Below are positions 1 through 9,500 of a stretch of 20,000 nucleotides of DNA, one piece after another; position 1 is the first letter of the stretch; each line of letters begins with the position of its first letter. Position numbers and translations under genes: made by a program. The notes under the pieces are model-generated. The model was not told the origin of the DNA and did no database searches. It saw nothing but the letters and a program-made list of their open reading frames with translations. The DNA is taken from positions 58,740 to 78,739 of IMG/VR virus record IMGVR_UViG_3300011187_000006, one strand, 5' to 3'. This stretch comes from an uncultured virus (IMG/VR IMGVR_UViG_3300011187_000006). Its lineage: Duplodnaviria > Heunggongvirae > Uroviricota > Caudoviricetes.

Positions 1-2
1 AT

Positions 3-323
3 TTATATGTGCTTATCTAGTTCGGTGATTATATCTTTCTTAGACAACACGGCTGATGTTCTTGATACTATTTCACCATCTTTGTATACTAGTATAGTAG
101 GAATACTCCTTATACCTAATAGTGCTGGTATCTTGCTATTATTATCAACATTTAGCTTACCAACTCTAATTTTGTTGAGGTATTCGCTAGAAATTTCATC
201 TATTATTGGTGATAAAGATTTGCAAGGTGCACACCAATCAGCATATAAATCTATTAATACTATCCCTTTCTTGACAAAATTATCAAAAGTATTATCTTTT
301 AAATCTGTAATATAAGCTACCAT
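3..323 (-). CDS. trxA: Thioredoxin
   Basis: 106 aa; LIDLYADWCAPCK active site (WCxPC), GKLNVD, and GIRSIPT cis-Pro loop; typical thioredoxin length. Confidence 0.95.
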   Translation of the reverse strand: MVAYITDLKDNTFDNFVKKGIVLIDLYADWCAPCKSLSPIIDEISSEYLNKIRVGKLNVDNNSKIPALLGIRSIPTILVYKDGEIVSRTSAVLSKKDIITELDKHI

Positions 324-336
324 AATTCATTTATTT

Positions 337-942
337 TTAAGAATACATTTTATCTATTTTATCGAAATTGTTTTCACATATGTCAATTAAAAGCATACGA
401 CCATTTCTAATCTGTGATTTTATAGTGGACAAGTTTTTACCAAGATCACTAGAGATGTCTTTATAAGACATCTTTCTAATCTCTCTCATTTCAATAACTG
501 TTCTATAAGGCTCTTTTAACCTATATATCGAATCTTTCATTAACTTAGCCTTTTTATTAATAACAATATACTTAGACTCATCTTCATCTTCATCATTTGA
601 TATGAAGCTTTTCATTGTTGTACCATCATTGTCATATTCAACATCGAGTGATATAGACTTTTTGCTTTTTTTCACATCTTGATAAGATAAATTTTTAGCT
701 ATTGTAAATAACCATGTAGAAAATTGTGCCTTTGATTTATCATAAAGTTCTATTTTATTAAATGCTACTATGAAAGAGTCAGTAGATATATCCTCTGCCT
801 TTTTTCTATCATTACATATCTTAGATGTGAAGTATATTAGTTTAGGATAATACTTTTTATATAGAAATGTAAAATCTTTACCAGTTCTTTCTTTAAATAA
901 TTTCTCTTTTTCCGAGAAATAGCTTTCTTGTTTTATTTCCAT
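337..942 (-). CDS. ECF-type (sigma-70 group 4) RNA polymerase sigma factor
   Basis: 201 aa with only region 2 (LYKKYYPKLIYF...AEDISTDSFIVAF...FSTWLFTIAKN) and region 4 (LKEPYRTVIEMREIRKMSYKDISSDLGKNLSTIKSQIRNGR). Confidence 0.92.
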   Translation of the reverse strand: MEIKQESYFSEKEKLFKERTGKDFTFLYKKYYPKLIYFTSKICNDRKKAEDISTDSFIVAFNKIELYDKSKAQFSTWLFTIAKNLSYQDVKKSKKSISLDVEYDNDGTTMKSFISNDEDEDESKYIVINKKAKLMKDSIYRLKEPYRTVIEMREIRKMSYKDISSDLGKNLSTIKSQIRNGRMLLIDICENNFDKIDKMYS

Positions 943-979
943 TTATTGCCTTTTATTTTTAGTTATTAAACACTAATAG

Positions 980-989
980 TTATATATTA
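980..989 (-). promoter_or_regulatory. TAATATATAA motif (putative phage-specific promoter) upstream of the sigma gene
   Basis: Plus strand ttatatatta, 37 nt upstream of the ATG at 942; same 10-mer as at 3395, 14987 and 16583. A variant TAATATATAC lies at 1007-1016. Confidence 0.5.
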
Positions 990-1020
990 TATTTGTAATA
1001 AGTTGTGTATATATTAAGTA

Positions 1021-1434
1021 TTATTTTAATACAGTTTTTAGCTTTTCACTTCGTTGAAACCTTATATCATCATCCAAAAATATTATAGCATCCGATTCTA
1101 CCCAAGAACCATCTATCATTTCCATTATTTTAGAAATATTTTCCTTTGATGATGCTCTACTATTGTTAATATTAATATCATCAACTCTTATTTTAGAAAT
1201 CATAGTACCTGAATTATTTTTAACAACCTTAAGTTCTGTTATTTCAAAAACAACACCAAAATGATATTCATCATTAGGACTATAAACCATTGTAAATTCT
1301 TTTTGATATATGCCACGTCTTGAGTTAATATAAGGATCTAGTTTCTTTTTTTTTAAAAAAAACATAACATAATTATATAAAAAAATTATCCCCATCCCTA
1401 TCCCTATTCCAATTAATAATGATATCATGTCCAT
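1021..1434 (-). CDS. Hypothetical membrane-anchored protein with C-terminal RSEKLKTVLK motif
   Basis: 137 aa; N-terminal hydrophobic Gly-rich helix (ISLLIGIGIGMGIIFLYNYVMFFL) followed by KKKK; starts 1 nt after the ligase stop codon. Confidence 0.8.
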   Translation of the reverse strand: MDMISLLIGIGIGMGIIFLYNYVMFFLKKKKLDPYINSRRGIYQKEFTMVYSPNDEYHFGVVFEITELKVVKNNSGTMISKIRVDDININNSRASSKENISKIMEMIDGSWVESDAIIFLDDDIRFQRSEKLKTVLK

Positions 1435-1435
1435 A

Positions 1436-3274
1436 TTATATTTCGTTTAAGATTTTTTCCAATCCCTCTACACTCAAAATCTCTATTCCTAAACTAGTAG
1501 CCTTCACCTCCTTTGAAGAACCGCTTCCTAATTCCTTCACTACTAAGTATGTAGTGTTCTTAGAGACAGATGTGCTTACCTTACCACCATTAGATTCGAT
1601 TATTTCATTTAAATCTTTTCTTCTTACACCAGTAAAAACAAATGACTTTCCTTTAAGATTTTCAGATTCAATATTCTTATCTTCATAACTTATAGTTACT
1701 GGTAGGTCTTTAATAAATTCAAAAAACACATCAAACGAATCTACATATACATTAGCACTAGTGTCTGCAAAGCCTTCTAATGCTTTAACTTCTTCAACAC
1801 TTGGTCTATGTTTAAAATGTTCTAGAAGTGCTAGCTTCTTAGACCCTAAGCCTTTGAATATACCAGTGGCATGTTGCAATTTGCTAAGCCTAACATCAGT
1901 AACTGATTTTTTAAAAGAATTATATACTTTTTCAGCTTTTTTCTTGCCAAATCTATCAATTTGTAATAAATCATCTATTGATAGGCTTAGAACATCTTTA
2001 ATACTTCTATAATTAGCATCCCATAGTTGTCTAATAGTACCATCAGATACATTATCAGTACCTAGTATTTCAAAAAATGCTATAATTTTTTTAATTTTTT
2101 GCTCATCAGTTTCAGTCTTCGTAATAAGTTCTATCCCATTTTCATCCCATTCAAGTTCGCTGCCTTCTATTAGAGGTATTTCAAAATCAACTCTTTCTAA
2201 TACATCAACTATAAGAGGTATAACCATACCACTTCTTTTAATGGTTATAACTGCACCTATGCCTATACCCATTTCCTTTACAAATCTTGCATTATTACCA
2301 GTTACATTAGATACTTTAACACCATCAAGTTGAACAGGGTTTATATTTACAATAGGTTTTACTAAGCCATGTTTTGAAACATTCCAAGTCATGTCTAATA
2401 CTTGTGTTGTGGCAGTCTGTTCAAAACTATTATGCTTAAATGCTCTAGCAAAGACTGGATTTTTAGAAGAAGTCTCTCTACCCAAAACTCTTTGGTGGTT
2501 CAAATCATTTACCTCTATTATAATACCATCAATTTCAAATTCTTCAGACCATTCTTTGAATAACTCAATCATTAAATCCTCTGTTATGTCGGATATCCTA
2601 CATATTTTATATTTAACTTTTGATTCTTGGTTTTTATTTAAGAATTCTATAACTTGCTTTTTACTTTGAAAGTGTGGTCTAAATTCATTAGATATCCCAT
2701 ACTTTATATATTTACAATCTTTTAATTTATCAGTAGGTGTTTTAGAATTTAATAATCCAGCAACTAGATTTCGTGGATTTGCAAACTGTGTCGAGTACTT
2801 ATCAGTGAATACTCTTTTGGCTATCATCACCTCACCATAAGTATATTGAAATAAACTTTCATTAGATATAAGCTTATTTCCTATGAGGTCATAGTGTTCG
2901 TTTGACTTTTGACCAACAATACCATCCCCTCTTGTGTATGCATCCCCATTACTCTCGTCAACACAAAGTGCTAGACCATCATATTTAGGGGTTAGTATAA
3001 CCAATGTAGATTTGGGGACATCCCTAAGTCTAGACCAATCGTCAATATCTTCTATTGTTTTTATCTTATTCATAGATGCCATTACAATAGGAAGTTTTTG
3101 CTTTCGACTTTCATCTTCTGTTGCGTGTCCTATCTTTGTAAGTAATTCATCACTTGGTGATAGTTTACTTAATTCATCAACTAAACCATCATATACTTTA
3201 TCCGACATAATAGGAACACCTAATCGATAAGCATCATTGGCTTCTACAATTCTTTTTTTAAGATTACTAATCAT
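1436..3274 (-). CDS. ligA: NAD-dependent DNA ligase
   Basis: Domain Ia (ANDAYRLGVPIMSDKVYD), motif I TPKYDG, YTRGDG, NPRNLVAG, EIDGIII, OB fold (RSGMVIP), HhH repeats (IDRFGKKKA, FKGLGSKK, LEGFADTSA) and BRCT (GKSFVFTG...VSKNTTYLV). Start placed at ATG 3274 (612 aa) rather than the track start at 3304, which overlaps the promoter-like motif. Confidence 0.95.
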   Translation of the reverse strand: MISNLKKRIVEANDAYRLGVPIMSDKVYDGLVDELSKLSPSDELLTKIGHATEDESRKQKLPIVMASMNKIKTIEDIDDWSRLRDVPKSTLVILTPKYDGLALCVDESNGDAYTRGDGIVGQKSNEHYDLIGNKLISNESLFQYTYGEVMIAKRVFTDKYSTQFANPRNLVAGLLNSKTPTDKLKDCKYIKYGISNEFRPHFQSKKQVIEFLNKNQESKVKYKICRISDITEDLMIELFKEWSEEFEIDGIIIEVNDLNHQRVLGRETSSKNPVFARAFKHNSFEQTATTQVLDMTWNVSKHGLVKPIVNINPVQLDGVKVSNVTGNNARFVKEMGIGIGAVITIKRSGMVIPLIVDVLERVDFEIPLIEGSELEWDENGIELITKTETDEQKIKKIIAFFEILGTDNVSDGTIRQLWDANYRSIKDVLSLSIDDLLQIDRFGKKKAEKVYNSFKKSVTDVRLSKLQHATGIFKGLGSKKLALLEHFKHRPSVEEVKALEGFADTSANVYVDSFDVFFEFIKDLPVTISYEDKNIESENLKGKSFVFTGVRRKDLNEIIESNGGKVSTSVSKNTTYLVVKELGSGSSKEVKATSLGIEILSVEGLEKILNEI

Positions 3275-3291
3275 ATTTTTTTTATTTTGAA

Positions 3292-3299
3292 CAAATATA
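3292..3299 (-). promoter_or_regulatory. Bacteroidota-type -7 promoter element TATATTTG (TAnnTTTG) upstream of ligA
   Basis: Plus strand caaatata, 17 nt upstream of ATG 3274; TTG candidates for the -33 element at 3316-3318 and 3322-3324 (minus strand). Confidence 0.6.
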
Positions 3300-3394
3300 A
3301 GCAAAATAATTAATACAATAACAAGAATTATATAAATATTTAAATATTAATAAGGTTTTTGTCATTGCATTAATTATATGAAATGGAATAGTTT

Positions 3395-3404
3395 TAATAT
3401 ATAA
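3395..3404 (+). promoter_or_regulatory. TAATATATAA motif (putative phage late promoter)
   Basis: 18 nt upstream of ATG 3423, at the head of the large-protein operon. Confidence 0.55.
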
Positions 3405-3422
3405 ATAAAATATAATTATAAT

Positions 3423-6400
3423 ATGTCTATAAATAGTAGCTTTCCAAAAGTAGCAGATCAAGTTATAAGTTTCAACAAAAATTTGGTAGATACTTTATCA
3501 AAGATAAACACGTTGACAACAACAACATCATCATCTGTTGATATCCAGATATTTGACGAAGAGGGTGTTCTGAGAAATTATACATTGCCTTCTTTTGTAT
3601 CCCTAAAGGGTGAGATAGACAGGTTGAATAATAACATAAATTCACTATACAGCATAGATGCTAATGGATCTATGATTCAACAAAGTGGTAGCAACAAATT
3701 TAAAAAAATAATAACAGTTGATTTAAACAGAGATCCAATACCAGTATCTGATTTGGGTGTGGTTATTGATTTCAAGACAAAGGCTAATTGGTTCTTTGAT
3801 TCAATGATAGATCCTATGTTACAAGTGGAATTTGATCTATCTTCTAAAATAGATAACAATGTTAGTAAATGCTTAGTCAGAAGGTATATTATAGAGTTTG
3901 AAAGAACTAATGACGATGTCCTAACACCAAACGGACAGTCTGCTTTAAATAGCTTTAATCAAACATTTAGGGGACAGACTGATATAACCATTATTGAGTT
4001 TAATAAATGGACAGAAACCACACCAGGTGTATCTAATCCAAGAAATGTTAGATTTGATGAAGAAAAATTTGAACTAGAGCCTAATACTATACGCTTTGAT
4101 GGTGAGTTTACTGTACTTAAAACTGATGAAGATAGGCTTAATAGAAAGCTTTGGTATGTACTTAACACACTAAACTACATAGATATGAGTAATAATGATG
4201 AAGTTCTTGAACTATCTATAGATGATGATGTCATTATAAATACTACTAAATCATCCACTAGATATCGAGTTTTAGAAATATCAAAGAGTGATTCTAATCC
4301 ACGTGTTAGATTCGAAAGAGTTGAGGGTATAGAACCTATTGCAATTGGCAAAGGAACACTTAAAATATATTCACCAGTTGTATATAACAAATCTGTAAGA
4401 GTAAGCATAGGATATAATGAAAGGAATGTTATTTTTCTAAAACCAATAAATACTGATAATAATCTAGTTGCTAAAAAATGGAGCAAAGGGACTGGGTTTT
4501 TTACTAATGATTTAAGAATGTCATCAGATGATGATACTGATGGTTTGACAATGGAGCAATTTTATACAGAATATGTTAATGACTATGGTGTGGTTTTACA
4601 GGATTTAGTTTCTAAGAAAATACCAAATAAATTAGGTGCTACACCAGTTGCTCCTATATTAGATATAAACAATTTTAAAGTTGCTCAGGTGAATAAGCAC
4701 TTGACAAATACGTCTAATAACTCTGAATTGAAACAAAAGAGTAACTATCAATCTAGCCTTAAATCAGAAGTCAGACAAATAGAGAAAGCTATTTCTGATA
4801 GAAACAAAAAGATAAAAATAACTAGATTCAAATCTGAATCAGAAAAGAAACAAGCTAGTTTAGAATTAAAAGACCTCACATCTAAGAAAGAAACTAGAAG
4901 TAGGTTATTAAACACAGTCACAAAAGAGATAATTGATATTTCTAGAAGTGTGGATACCAAATCAGAACCCAAATATAGACTAAGAGGATTCTGGGAATTC
5001 CCAACTGCTATATCTAAGCGTGGAACACTCCCACAGGAAGTTATACAGTTTAGAATACAGTATAGGTATGTTAGTGTTGATGGAGAGGAGACCCCAATAG
5101 AACAGTATAAAATAGAAGGTACAAAAGCTAGTTTTTCAAATTGGAAAACTACAAAAACGGATATAAGGGAAAGAATTTTTGATACACAAACTGGTCAATA
5201 TTTATGGAAAGATGAAGATTTGTCTAATCCTGATGTACCAAATATAAATAGTCTAGATATACCTATACAAAACAATGAAAGAGTTGAGTTTAGAATAAAA
5301 TCAATATCAGAAGTTGGATACCCAGAATCTCCAATAGAATCTGAATGGTCTGAGATTATTTCATTTGAATTTCCTAGTGAAGTAAATAATGAGTTAAATG
5401 AGAGAGAAAACATATCTAAAGATGCTTTAAAGGAAGATGTTTTACAAGAAATGGACAGCACTCTAGAGTCAAGAGGCTTAGATGATCACTTATCAACACA
5501 AGTATCTCTTAATTCTAACACATATCACCATGATTCAAATAAGATATTGTCGGGATTTAAAGATGATAATGGAGTTGCGTTAGATTTATTTCAATATTTG
5601 AAAGCGTTAGAAGATAAGATTAAAGGCTTAGAAGAGAGAATATCTAGGTCAAGGGGTGTGTTGGAAGCTGTTATACTAAGAAATAATCAAGAATTTGTAG
5701 TTTCAAATGGTAGCGAAACATCATTCAATATAGACTGTGAAGATTATCTAGAACCTTTTAGTGGCACAAATATATCTAGTGGTAGAGTTTACGAAAATAA
5801 CATATATGTTATAAAAGATTTCGTAGTCAGAATAAGAAACAAGGCTGTTGATTCCCCACTAGGCTTATTGTCAGATAAAAGTTATATTAGCAATTCCAAT
5901 GTTTATAGGAATAACTCACCTCAAGTATTTTTCGTAAATGAGCAAGATGAATTGTTAAAAAATGATAATACTGGTGTGAGCAGAAGCCAATTAAATAATC
6001 AGTTTATATGGTGTGTTAATTATGATTCTATAACAGATAATACAAATTCTAAATTATCAGAAAATGTTGGTAATGATTTTAGGATATCAAATTCAAATTC
6101 TTTGACTAATGTATTATCATCACCTGAATATAATTTAGGTTATTCTGGTAATAGCATATTATCATTCAATGGTAATAACAACTCCTTGATGGAGCAAAAT
6201 AAGTGGATTGATACAACAACATCAGTAGACTCGACTAATAAGCTATTAACATCTATACATCCTGTTATAAAAGATTTAGAATCTATACAAGAAAACAATT
6301 CTGAGAAGATTAAAAATATAAAACCAGGTGGTGAAAATGATATTATTATACCATTAAACATTTATTTCAAGATGAATGCTTTAGATAGCAACCAATCAGG

Positions 6401-6587
6401 TGTGAACTTTGAATATATTGATTTAACTAAATCAAAGAATACAGTAAGCCATATTAAAAAGGTAAAATTTTTATTTGAAAACGAATCAGAAAATAGACCT
6501 TTTGCATTTACTCTTAAATTTAATATGAACAGAAACAAACTTATATTTAAGAAATCATCAAGACCAATAAATTCAAATATAACATAA
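3423..6587 (+). CDS. Large hypothetical protein, probable virion structural protein (coiled coils plus FN3-like segment)
   Basis: 1054 aa open frame; Asn/Ser-rich beta-type regions; heptad coiled coils at about 4720-4945 and 5585-5660; FN3-like pattern IQFRIQYRY...VEFRIKSISEVGYPESPIESEWSEII. The ORF is solid; the function is inferred. Confidence 0.6.
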   Translation: MSINSSFPKVADQVISFNKNLVDTLSKINTLTTTTSSSVDIQIFDEEGVLRNYTLPSFVSLKGEIDRLNNNINSLYSIDANGSMIQQSGSNKFKKIITVDLNRDPIPVSDLGVVIDFKTKANWFFDSMIDPMLQVEFDLSSKIDNNVSKCLVRRYIIEFERTNDDVLTPNGQSALNSFNQTFRGQTDITIIEFNKWTETTPGVSNPRNVRFDEEKFELEPNTIRFDGEFTVLKTDEDRLNRKLWYVLNTLNYIDMSNNDEVLELSIDDDVIINTTKSSTRYRVLEISKSDSNPRVRFERVEGIEPIAIGKGTLKIYSPVVYNKSVRVSIGYNERNVIFLKPINTDNNLVAKKWSKGTGFFTNDLRMSSDDDTDGLTMEQFYTEYVNDYGVVLQDLVSKKIPNKLGATPVAPILDINNFKVAQVNKHLTNTSNNSELKQKSNYQSSLKSEVRQIEKAISDRNKKIKITRFKSESEKKQASLELKDLTSKKETRSRLLNTVTKEIIDISRSVDTKSEPKYRLRGFWEFPTAISKRGTLPQEVIQFRIQYRYVSVDGEETPIEQYKIEGTKASFSNWKTTKTDIRERIFDTQTGQYLWKDEDLSNPDVPNINSLDIPIQNNERVEFRIKSISEVGYPESPIESEWSEIISFEFPSEVNNELNERENISKDALKEDVLQEMDSTLESRGLDDHLSTQVSLNSNTYHHDSNKILSGFKDDNGVALDLFQYLKALEDKIKGLEERISRSRGVLEAVILRNNQEFVVSNGSETSFNIDCEDYLEPFSGTNISSGRVYENNIYVIKDFVVRIRNKAVDSPLGLLSDKSYISNSNVYRNNSPQVFFVNEQDELLKNDNTGVSRSQLNNQFIWCVNYDSITDNTNSKLSENVGNDFRISNSNSLTNVLSSPEYNLGYSGNSILSFNGNNNSLMEQNKWIDTTTSVDSTNKLLTSIHPVIKDLESIQENNSEKIKNIKPGGENDIIIPLNIYFKMNALDSNQSGVNFEYIDLTKSKNTVSHIKKVKFLFENESENRPFAFTLKFNMNRNKLIFKKSSRPINSNIT

Positions 6588-6592
6588 TTTAA

Positions 6593-9500
6593 ATGAAAAG
6601 CTTTTCAATACTAAGAACAAATGTTGGATTAACTACCAATTCTAAAATAATGGTGAATAACGAATATGGTATCAGTATTGATAGTATTGATAGTAATGAT
6701 ACTTTATCATCAGGGAGGTACAAATATTTTAAACTAAAAGAAGATTCTTTATATGATGAAGTTTTACCATTATACTTCAAGGACACACCAAGTGAAATAG
6801 CCTTTGATGTTAAGTACAGAGATGACTCTGATGCTATGTCAAGTGAGTTAAATACACAATATGATAGTATTTATAATTATGGTGCTAGAAATATAATAAA
6901 TAATAAAAATTATTCAGAAGAGTATGAATACTTTGCACCACTTTATATAAATCCAAGAAGTTTACCATCTAACTTTATAATATTCAGATGTGATAATCCT
7001 GGTGTGAAAATATTAGCAAAAGATAACTTTAAAGGAGAAATCATAAACAAATTAAAAGCAGTTAAGGTGTATGATTTCTCCTCAGAAACACCATTGGGCA
7101 AATGGATGAATAAAAATTTTGTTGAGAACGAATATTTTCCAAAATCACCATTAGAAATAGACTTTAGAAATACTGAGTTTAGCAAATGGAATGGTATAGA
7201 TTATAAAAGAGGTGGATATGTTTCTAAATCTAAATTTATGGGGGATTATTTTGAGGAAGAAAAGGAGATATATGAGTTAGAAAAATATATTTATGATAGC
7301 TACAAAGACAATGGTGTGGTTTTTCCAAATATATTAAACATGTCTTTTTTGTTTGATGACACACCATCAACTTCTACGATTAAAAGAAAATGGTCATTAA
7401 ACACTTATTATGGATTTTATTTAGACTCTATGGATAGAGCCTCTAGCTTATCACCTTACTCAACGCCTATTATTAGGGAGGATGTTATAATAAAAGAGGG
7501 GAATATATTATTTTCTGCTTCTAATCCAGAAAATCCATTTATAGAAAATTGGTCTGAAGAAACACCTTTCTATGTTGAGTATGGTGGTGATTATTATTTG
7601 ATATCTAAGTATACAATACAACAAGATGATGAAATAAGACAAGTGCAAGCTGTTGGATTCGTGGATGAACTTTATCAAGATAAAATAATTTATAATTATA
7701 AAATAGTATCTGACATTGACTTAAGTGGTAAAGAAGATAGTATAAATAAAAACTATGGGATAATAGATAAAGATAATAAAATATTATCATATAATAATGA
7801 AGAATTTGTTATTGATAACTTTGATAGTTCAGATGTTTGGGTTATAAAGATTGGGGAAGTATATCATAACATTATAAAAACAAGTTCTGTTCTCAAGATA
7901 AATACAGACTATTCATTTGAGATAAATGATAATTTCTTTGATTATAAAGTACGTGGTGAGACAAAGAGACTGAATACCGATGTTACATTTGACAAACCAC
8001 CACTTAGTTTTGGTATATTCAAACTTAACTTTACTGATATTAAAGACTTCGATACTAATATTGTAGATACTGACTATTCCAAGTACGAATATGAACTTAG
8101 AGATGAGATAACTAGAACAGAAGAAAGTAAGATGTATTTCGAAGATCCATTGAGTCTTAATAATCCCAAAAATAATGAAGAGTTTATATATAAGAATAAT
8201 GTAGAAAGTATACCAGTTTCTTCTGAATACACAGCCAATTATGAAACTTTCAAAGTTACTAATAATGAACTTTCTGATATATGGAGAATTAATCCTGTGT
8301 ATTGTAGATGGGGATATCAAAATTCAATAGGTGCAAACGATAGACCTTATTTATTAAATAACTCTCTACTATTTGAAGACCATAATAGGACGGCTAATCC
8401 ATTTATGAAGAATCAAAGTAGAGAAAATAGAAACTTAGATTATTTTTACACAATAAACTCTAACAGTAATATGTACACACACCATAGCTTGCATGTGGAA
8501 GGATTCAACTCTAACAATAATATTGAGAAAGAATTTCGATTTATAAGTTCAACATATTTAAATCCAGACATAGATTACTTCAGTGATATATTTGAAAGAA
8601 AACAGTTTTTTGATAATAAAAATATAGTTAGGAATGTCAGAAAATACTCCCACATGAATGCAGGTGATGATGTTATACCTAACTCCACAGTATTCAGAGG
8701 TTTGGAATTTAGAATGTATGATGTTGATAGTGTTATTAGAAATGGACAAGAGCAAATAAAAACTATAAATACCACAAACTCAAACTCTTTTGAAGATTAT
8801 AAGTTTTCTATACTATTATCAAATGGCAATAGTAGTCAAGTATGGGATATCATAACAAATTGGGAAATGGATAAAGAGTATAAAGAAGGAAATATAGTCT
8901 TATTCGATGATATCGTTTATAAGGCACTAAGAGACAACATAATAATAAATCCTTTACTAGAGAATGGTACAAGGTCTGCACCTTATAATAATTTATCAGA
9001 CTGGGAAGCACTTGAAGATAATACGATATTTTGGAATCCAGTATATGGATTTGGTGGGTTTACACCACTTAATACTCCAATATTTGATACTCCTGGTGGT
9101 TCTTCGTCTTCTATTGGTGCTATAAATGGATCCCCATTTCTTGGTAGTATTATTTCTGAACCATTACTTGTTACAAGAAATAATCTTAACATTGTTTATA
9201 ATTCAGATAGGTTCTATTATACATTTAATGTTAACTCAACATTGGTTGATTTTTGGAATCCCCTAGGGAAACCAGGAGTTGTATTTGGTGCACAAGGTAC
9301 TGGGAATGGTTATGATTTGTCTACCATAGTTATTTTCAAAGGCAAATACTATAGATCCAAAATAAAAGAAAATAAATATAGACCAGATAATAAAAAGTAT
9401 TGGGAGGTGATTAATTTATCTTCTGATAGTGCAGTAAAATGGAAGCAAGCAGAACTATGGAACACAAGCCTTCCTTATGATATAAATAGCATAGTTGTAC

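Noticed and set aside
1021..1434. Membrane protein as anti-sigma factor or holin
   Set aside because: It lies upstream rather than downstream of the sigma gene, has no ZAS/ASD motif, and no lysis genes are adjacent; unsupported.
3275..3304. Extended N-termini given by the track for the ligase (3304) and the L12-like protein (14984)
   Set aside because: These are non-ATG starts that span the promoter-like TATATTTG. Downstream ATGs (3274, 14942) have A-rich leaders and fit the domain boundaries.
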